A DNA stretch of 32,005 nucleotides, taken from the NCBI RefSeq assembly GCF_001194135.2, contig NC_068983.1, positions 26,161,444 through 26,193,448 of the forward strand. The letters run 5' to 3'. Under the pieces are notes generated by a model. That model saw only the letters and a list, made by a program, of their open reading frames with translations, was not told where the DNA came from and searched no databases. A program made the translations under genes and the position numbers. Shown piece by piece: positions 24,132 to 32,005 of this stretch. Source of the stretch: Octopus bimaculoides (Eukaryota). Numbering within the stretch: position 1 is the stretch's first letter; every line of letters begins with the position of its first letter.

Positions 24132-24165
24132 TGTGTATGTGTGTATGCGTGTATGAATATATACA

Positions 24166-24313
24166 GGGTCAGGTGTGGCTTGTCGCAAGAAGCTTCCGGG
24201 TTCAGTCAAGCAGTGTGATACGATACCTTAGGCAAGTGTCTTCTGCTATATCCTCGGGCTGACTAAAGACTTGTGAGCGGATTTGGTAGACAAAAACTGA
24301 AGGAAGCCCGTCG
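24166..24313 (+). mobile_element. Decayed tRNA-derived CORE-like SINE (second family)
   Basis: ccgggttcagtc (B-box-like), accttaggcaagtgtcttct (CORE-like accttgggcaagt), and tail ttgtgagcggatttggtagacaaaaactgaaggaagcccgtcg ending in (TA)n. It resembles an abundant octopus SINE by recall; part of the head is deleted. Confidence 0.75.
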
Positions 24314-24627
24314 TATATATATATTTATATATACAAAGAGAGAGAGAGAGAGAGAGAGATTGTGATTATAATTATCCATATTAAGTATCATCTATATTAG
24401 AAGTATTCGACGAAATCTTTTTTTTTTAAATTTTGAATATACGATATAACATAAGAATCATTCAGGTTTATATTTTAATTATAGATACATCTATGAAATA
24501 TTTGGTACAATGTTGTATAAAGTTATTTCACGTTCGATCATTTAATAAATATATGATCATAAGCAAAGCCGAATTTGAATTCGAATTTACTAGAAACAAT
24601 TTTGATTTTTTGTTTTTTTTTAGAACC

Positions 24628-24664
24628 TTTCGCTGAATCATATATTTCGCTGAATCATATATTT
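24628..24664. repeat. 17-bp tandem duplication
   Basis: tttcgctgaatcatata twice, exact, plus ttt. Confidence 0.93.
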
Positions 24665-25336
24665 GGTATGCTATGCATACCAAAACGCATTTATGATATA
24701 TAAATACTTTTAGCTTAAGCAAAATTGTGATTTAAAATCTATCTTTTTAAATCTTCGGAAATAAATTGAGTAACGTCATGTTGGATATGAAAGTATTCAC
24801 TTATGTTTCTAAACTAAACATGCACAGACAGAGAGAGAAACTCGGATGAAACACATACACTCGCAAATCCACACACACATACGCACATACACGTATATGT
24901 GTGTGCATCTGTGTCTATGTGCGTGTGGGCGTCATATACATATATTTACATATAATTGGACACGACATGCACCATTTCATATTTGTATAATAGTTTATTG
25001 GAAACGAGGATATCTCACAAGAATATGGACAAAGAAATAATTTAGTAAATGTATTGCGGTGGTAACTGTATTTTTTTTTATACTCACGCTGACTATTGGC
25101 AGATACAACAATATAATCCAATTCAAATATGATGAAAATGACAATAATTTTATAAACCGACATTATCCAGCTGAAAATTGAAATAATGTTTTGTGTGAAT
25201 ATATAAACACGTGTCTAAAGAATTATGAGCATAAATTGATCAAATATCAAGTTATGTATCACACCGCAATATTCACTCAGAACCTATATGCTGCTCACTG
25301 TCTCTCTCTGTCTTCCCCTCCAGCACTGTCTCTCTC

Positions 25337-25563
25337 NNNNNNNNNNNNNNNNNNNNNNNNNNNNNNNNNNNNNNNNNNNNNNNNNNNNNNNNNNNNNNNN
25401 NNNNNNNNNNNNNNNNNNNNNNNNNNNNNNNNNNNNNNNNNNNNNNNNNNNNNNNNNNNNNNNNNNNNNNNNNNNNNNNNNNNNNNNNNNNNNNNNNNNN
25501 NNNNNNNNNNNNNNNNNNNNNNNNNNNNNNNNNNNNNNNNNNNNNNNNNNNNNNNNNNNNNNN
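25337..25563. other. Assembly gap (227 N)
   Basis: N run preceded by (CT)n. Confidence 0.99.
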
Positions 25564-25993
25564 GCAAATTTAAGGAGAAAGTTAAAGAAATAGTGTGGCA
25601 GGGAGAAGGATTTTGAGAATCTTATCACTAAAGGCGAATGTATAACTGAATGTACTAAGCCTGGAGGAAAATCTTTTGCTTGAGCTGCTTCGAAATTCCA
25701 AAGGCAAGAACTTGAAACTGTTGACGGTGTTTCCTGCAGCAATGAAAGCCATAGCTGCAGCTGTAGAAGTACATTTCAGACTGATAATATTCTCGTATAA
25801 CTGCTTCGCTCTGTGTGAATAGAGTCTAGATTATTATCGAAATTCATATGCCAAACTGAGAGATTTGGTTATAGAGAAACTATATATGACATGTACATTA
25901 GGTAGATAGTTTCAAACTAATAGAATAATAATTATACGTAGGTATGGTTTTCAACAAATTTCCTCGCAAATTAGCCCTTGCTATACTAGAAAA

Positions 25994-26377
25994 GTGGAGG
26001 CGCAATGGCCCAGTGGTTAGGGCAGCGGACTCGCGGTCATACGATCACGGTTTCGATTCCCAGACCGGGCGTTGTGAGTGTTTATTGAGCGAAAACACCC
26101 AAAGCTCCACAAGGCTTCGGTAGGGGATGGTGGCGAATCCTGCTGTACTCTTTCACCACAACTTTTTTTCACTCTTACTTCCTGTTTCTGTTGTGCCTGT
26201 AATTCAAAGGGTCAGTCTTGTCACACTTTGTCACGCTGAATACCCCCCGAGAACTACGTTAAGGGTACACGTGTCTGTGGAGTGCTCAGCCACTTGCACG
26301 TTAATTTCACGAGCAGGCTGTTCCGTTGATCGGATCATCTGGAACCCTCGACGTCGTAAGCGACGGAGTGCCAACAA
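25994..26377 (+). mobile_element. Full-length tRNA-derived SINE (octopus OR-like), same family as 11050-11431
   Basis: A box tggcccagtgg 26006-26016, B box ggtttcgattcc 26049-26060, tail ...gacggagtgccaacaa. Possible degenerate TSD atactagaaaa/atactaaacaa (9/11). Confidence 0.93.
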
Positions 26378-27956
26378 TACTAAACAAAGACCCAACAAAA
26401 CAGGAAAATACATTACATAAAATTATTCTCACTATACTATTCTTGAAAGAATACAAATCACAGAATATATATCAGTATACTTTATCTTCATAAAAGCAGA
26501 GCTGAAAGTTAAACAACGTTAAAGAAGCTGGGTCTTTTATGGATTTGTATAGCGAAAGTTATACAGATCTTAAATCGTTATAAATATTATTCCTTGCGTT
26601 ATAAATAAAGTGCTAAATTATATTGACCTGACATTTTACAGCACTTCTTTCAGGTTAGAAACTAATATTTATAACAAGGGAGTTTGTAAATGTATTTAAT
26701 ATATCGTGTCTCAAATATTTACCAATGAATATCACTAATATTCGTTGTTATTTTGTTTTTTTCTCACTCATTATGAATTTTCTAGTTAGGTTTCGATGCT
26801 TCTTGCTATGAATATGAAAACATTGAACTTATTGTTTATAAAGAGTTCTTACATGCAACACGGAATTCAAATGAGTTACGCCTTTCGATTAATTAGTAGA
26901 AAACTCTTCACTCAACAAACATGAATATTTCAAAATTTTCACCCCATTAAGGAAAAGAGAGTCTGAATGCTTAGAAACAAAGAAATATTGAGGTAATCTT
27001 GTTTTTGTTTCTTTTTCTCAATACACAGCATGTACACAAGTGACGCCTATCGTATCTGCAGCAATAGCACAACACTTTTAACAACTATTTAATTTAGACA
27101 AGCGAAACAGACATTAGCTTAGAGAAATGGTTCAGACTGAACACTGGCAAGTATTTGAACACGTACGGTTAATAAAGATTTCTATACCAAGAAAATCTCA
27201 GATTTATTGAAATGATTTCCAGTTCCAGAGAAGACAGGAAAATCGTTTGCTTGTAAGTGATATCCATTATTTTATTGCCATGTTTAAAAATAACACAAAA
27301 TATCAGACATTCAGACATTCTTTCCTAAAACGAACGTCTCTTTAGAATTTGCGAGTCTCGACATTTCCGTTGTTTCTCATTTTAGGTTGGCCTGAAAGGA
27401 TCGAAGTCCCTTTTTGTCAATCATAGTAGAAAAAAAAATGTAGAAAGAACTACATGATACGCAAGCTCATTATGGTAATTTGCCACCACAAATCTGTATT
27501 TGCTTACTTTATAAACTTTTACAATTCTGAAAATGTTTTCCCCAAGTGACAACTTGCTGAAATATGTTTTATGCTTCAGAGATATCAACATGTGGCTAGA
27601 GATAAAAATGCAAATACAACCCCTTTGACAGCGAAGCGAAGTCACAGATATTGTAAAGAATTTTTAACTTATAAAGCTTGAACACCCCCATAAGTGTAAA
27701 ACATGAGCTGAATCATTGAGATCGTGTCTATTTCAAATAAATGAGGAGAAAGTTTTCAGCTTTGTCTTTTCAGAAAATTAAGGCGGGTCGGAGGAGCAAT
27801 TTTGGTGACCATGTCTGGCATTGAAAAAGAAGCATAGAATGTTTTTGTTGTTGTGCCTGATTTCTTGGGAAACAAGTAGTCATCAACTTAAGAGATCTTG
27901 TGCAGACCTTTTTAACCAGTTTTGGAGCACTGGAATGTTGCATGAGTGTAAAAGTA

Positions 27957-27960
<4 letters not shown>

Positions 27961-28032
<72 letters not shown>
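27961..28032. repeat. Perfect (CA)36 microsatellite
   Basis: Direct count. Confidence 0.97.
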
Positions 28033-28042
<10 letters not shown>

Positions 28043-30542
28043 CACCTATGTACACTCCTATACACGTGTGCACACTCGCATACAGCTTCCTTCTACACAA
28101 CTACAAGCACGTCTATGTACCAGAATAATTTCAATATATATTATATTGCTATACAACACATACATGGGTTCTTACATATGCTAGTTTCAACAAATAATCA
28201 CCTATGCAAGTATTAATACACATAATCACAATAATAAATATATTAATAGCACATAGATAAGTGCTAATTGCGAAACAATTGTCGTTACACAATAGAGTGT
28301 ACTAGTTAGTTTCTGTTAGTTCCTGATTTCACTATTTAACGATCAATTGAGATTTGTTGGAAAATATGAATTCTTGCTAAACAGAAAATTTGATTTCACA
28401 GAAAATTTCTGAGGCCTTTTCTAAACCTACCAACATCAAATTAGGTAGGACGAAATGTAAAAAAGCTATGCAGCTAAAACACTTTTCGCAATTATTCCCC
28501 AGTGATTTCAATATAAGAATAACAAAGCTCACTTACGGACAAACAGTACGATTGTGCTTCATGAGAGGGTAAACTGTAGAAAACAAAATTGACTTGATAA
28601 AAGAAAACTGTCCGTAGTTTTGAAACCAACATACCTGTTTTAATCTAAATCAAGTGAAAAAGCAAAGAGCAGTATTTTGTTCAAACTTGTTGCCCTGTGT
28701 TATTATTACACGACGAAATCTTCGAAACGGACGTATTCCAAAGGATAACAAGTGATTAAATAAATGTATCCACCTTTATACCTCCTCATAAAATAATCTC
28801 ATTGACCGGATCTCCGGAATTTCTTCTGCATGAAGATCTGCATTATACTCATTGTATTACTATGCGATCTACTACTCAAGACGGCTAGGGCAACTTTCTG
28901 CAATAGCCAGACTATTTTATAAATTCATATATTACACTACAAATATGCGTGTTTCAGTGTCGTGTGCGTGTGTGAGCGCGAGTGATTGTGTATGTGAACG
29001 TGTGGGCACGCGTGCAAGTGTGTGTGTATGTGTGCTTTTCTTTGTGTATGCATGTATGTATGCATGTCTCAGTGCATGCATAAGGACAGAGAGTGTGATA
29101 TAATACAAGCCCCATATGTTTTCCTTTTGCAGTCAGTGAAATCATTTATATTACAAATATTAAATTATGTAAGACAGATTAGACAATTAGTTGAATCATT
29201 TCACACGCCTATTACGAGAAATAATATTATTAACCTCGGTTAATGAGAGGGAAGGTTCAGCACGATGGGATTTTGAACTGAGTGACAAGCGAGATGTATA
29301 CAAATCTAGCAATTCGAATCATTCCTATTCATGTTGTCCGCCAGAGTTTTGTAATATTGATCTCTTATACTAACTAATTTTGATTTCTTACATTAAGTTA
29401 GATAATAAAATGTACCTTATGATTCCGAGCGGAGTTGAATCACAACCTTCTATTCTCGAAGTTAATATGATACTGTTGATCACAGAGTAAATGTATAAGT
29501 TTAAATGTAAGTTTCCACTGCAAGTACATTTTGTGCAAGTGACATTATATTGAATAGATTTAATCCCCATGAGATCCAGATGAAAATTTCAATAATGAAT
29601 ATAGACTCCATTTCTGAAAAGTGTAAGCGAGAAGTTAGAAGGAGTTGAAGTACAGTCCAAATATATAGGAAATGAAACACACAAGATGAAAAGCAACTGT
29701 ATTCAATGCATTTGTATTTCATCTCATTGTCTGATAACATACGGTATCTCGCGTTTAATAGGTAGCTGAAATATAATTCTCTGACTGTGATACGGGAAGT
29801 CAACGAGGGAATTTGAAGTGAAATAGATATAATTACAAATCAAACTCGCTATGTACGTCACCTCTCACATTTTAAAGTGTTACACATCCTGCATTGATTC
29901 TGTATTGTATTTATATTTAATATGAAACTGTAGACATAGATGAACATGAAAAATATACGAAATGCTGTTATAACATTCTTAACTTTTGGTAAGAAATATG
30001 CAAAATGCTACCATTTTAATAATACTGTGATGTTGAAGAAGAAATAATAGATCTCATAATGTCTTCTCTGAGTTTCACATATGGCACTAAGAAATCATAT
30101 GATAAATTCCAAACTCGAATGAAGGAATTAAATTTATGACTGATAGTATTTCTAACAAGATATTTTTTCTTTGTTTTTGGAAAAAAAATTTAATTTCTGA
30201 TATTCTACTGTCTGGAAATTCTTAATTTGAAAACTAAACAAAGCTAACAACATAGGATCTAACGAAGTTTACAACAGTTTGTTGTATTCAAATTTTCTAC
30301 ATCCAACGTATACATTAAAACTTTAAAGCTCATGTATATAGCTGCAGGCATCTTAAATAAGTAGCACTACCACATGGCGTTGCACACTCTAGACTGCTCA
30401 TAGGCAGAATATTAGAAAATTATATGAATCGCAGTAAAAAAGAAAACTACACTTACACAACCATACATGCTAGCCATATTTGAACAAGCAAACCACTGTT
30501 TTATAAGTAATATTCTATTTTCCTTTTGTAATTCACACGTAC

Positions 30543-30573
<31 letters not shown>

Positions 30574-30996
30574 TATATCTTTGTCTCTCTGTGTCTCTCT
30601 CTTTAACCCTCTCTTTCATTCTCTCAGTAAGCATACACATATACCTACATATATGTACGTGTGTGTGTGAGTGTGTGAGTGTATATGTGTTTCTTGTGTA
30701 TGTATGTACGCATGTAATGTTAATACCAAGAGAGCGTACGACTTTCCTGATCAGTCTCATAGACAGCTTCCAAATAAGTACTTGGAGCGATAGTCGTTCA
30801 TTTACCTCTCACTAAAGCACACTCCAGTCTCCGCAAAAAAAATAAATAAATGAAAACGCAACAAAAGAATATTACCACGCATATATACTCTACACCTCCC
30901 TCTGCCTCCACATCTCTGTATACATATGCACATGTATTTACACATGCATATACATATGTGTGTATGTGTATATTATATATTGGTATACGTAAGCAT

Positions 30997-31048
30997 ACAT
31001 ATATATGCCTGTGTGTGGGTGTGTGTGTGTGTGAGTATATGTATATAT

Positions 31049-31103
<55 letters not shown>

Positions 31104-31165
31104 AATCTACTTCACTATTATCTATCTATCCATATGCATATTTACACACACACATACACACACGT
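30997..31165. repeat. (GT)n-(TA)n-(CA)n compound microsatellite
   Basis: Direct reading. Confidence 0.92.
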
Positions 31166-31508
31166 ATATAATTACATACCCCACCACACACACATGCAAC
31201 GAGAATAATTTTCAAGCATACATAAATAATTATGAAAACGCTCAAGGCTTTAAATCTACTTTTATATCCATTGGAAATTTCATGCGAAATATAATATGCG
31301 TGTAAAACATGCCAAACTAGTTATAAACTGTGCGGTCTCCATTGTAAACAGTGTTGCATTTTATATTGGCGCTATTTCTTGTTATTTCTATATTGATCAA
31401 AATATTACCTGTACGTTTACATCTCAAACTATATAACTAATATACATATATACATGCAAGCACACACATATAAACATATACTTGCACACGTTTATATGTA
31501 GGGAGGGT

Positions 31509-31811
31509 ATGAAGGCGCGTGGCTCAGAGGTTAGGGCATTCGATTCATGATCGTAAGGCCGTGAGTTCTATTCCCGGTAACGCGTTGTGTCTTTGAGCAA
31601 GACACATTATTTCACGTTTCTCTAGTAAACTCAGCTGGCAAAAATGAGTAAAATCTGTACTTCAAAGGGCCAGCCTTGTCACATTCTGTATCACGCTGAA
31701 TCTCCCTGAGAACTACGTTATGGGTACACGTGTTTGTAGAATACTCAGCCACTTGCACGTTAATTCCACGAGCAAGCCGTTCCGTTGATCGTAACCGACG
31801 GAGTGCTCCGA
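31509..31811 (+). mobile_element. tRNA-derived CORE-type SINE sharing its 3' tail with the OR-like family, with 13-bp TSD
   Basis: A box tggctcagagg 31520-31530, decayed B box agttctattcc 31564-31574, CORE-like tgtgtctttgagcaagacacattat 31586-31610. Tail 31655-31806 is homologous to 26197-26372. TSD atgtagggagggt at 31496-31508 and 31812-31824. Confidence 0.88.
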
Positions 31812-32005
31812 ATGTAGGGAGGGTGTGTGGCCTAGTTATTAAGGTGTTGCTCTTGAGGAAATCGTTTCTGCGATAAAATAGACACCTGAGGCGTGGTACA
31901 CGGTGCAGGTCTGCGGGAAAACACTGTCGAACAGCACATATATTTAATCACTATAAACAACTTATATGGGCAAAGTTTTCAAGAAGACATTGCAGAACCG
32001 TCTTT

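Noticed and set aside
25564-25820. Relatively GC-rich segment beside a gap, open in several frames
   Set aside because: No frame gives a recognisable protein and the adjacent gap prevents assessment.
25994-26075. tRNA-like sequence as a real tRNA gene (also 11350-11431 and 31512-31580)
   Set aside because: A and B boxes are present but each continues into a SINE body, with TSDs in two cases and no complete cloverleaf acceptor stem.
27223-27252. 30-nt micro-exon candidate (ttccag ... gtaagt)
   Set aside because: Too short to distinguish from chance splice-like motifs without RNA data.
27383-27400. ttaggttggcctgaaag as a mariner TIR
   Set aside because: Only the first 9 bases match, and I found no partner inverted repeat or transposase sequence nearby.
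29191-29373. ORF containing YSCCPPEF, reminiscent of nicotinic receptor/AChBP loop C (Y.CCPEPY) and hence of octopus chemotactile receptors
   Set aside because: Spacing to the upstream Trp does not fit, there are no good splice sites, no other receptor exons are visible, and the DNA loosely resembles a decayed SINE (gggattttgaactgag). An HMMER search with Neur_chan_LBD would be decisive; I expect no hit.

Overview
AT-rich, microsatellite-dense eukaryotic non-coding DNA from a short-read assembly with four N gaps. The SINE and LINE families resemble those I recall from Octopus genomes, so the likely origin is an octopus intron or intergenic region (inference, not verified). I find no intact protein-coding gene, rRNA, true tRNA or CRISPR array. 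Many long ORFs in the supplied track are artefacts of (CA/TG/TA)n repeats or N runs, and the rest show no recognisable domain. The interpretable content is decayed mobile DNA: a DD34D mariner transposase remnant (~3.2-3.6 kb) bracketed by 154/155-bp direct repeats; an RTE-clade LINE 3' end (~9.06-9.45 kb, minus); an internally deleted DD37D/maT-type transposon (~9.8-10.5 kb); the restriction-like endonuclease (RLE) tail of a non-LTR retrotransposon embedded in microsatellites (~20.65-21.03 kb); and four recognisable tRNA-derived SINE copies, two with clear target-site duplications. I do not see convincing evidence for a novel biological system. The most notable unexplained signals are a tight E-box/CRE/PAR-bZIP motif cluster at ~16.0 kb, the young direct repeats around the old mariner, and an inverted pair of ~90% identical SINEs 15 kb apart.
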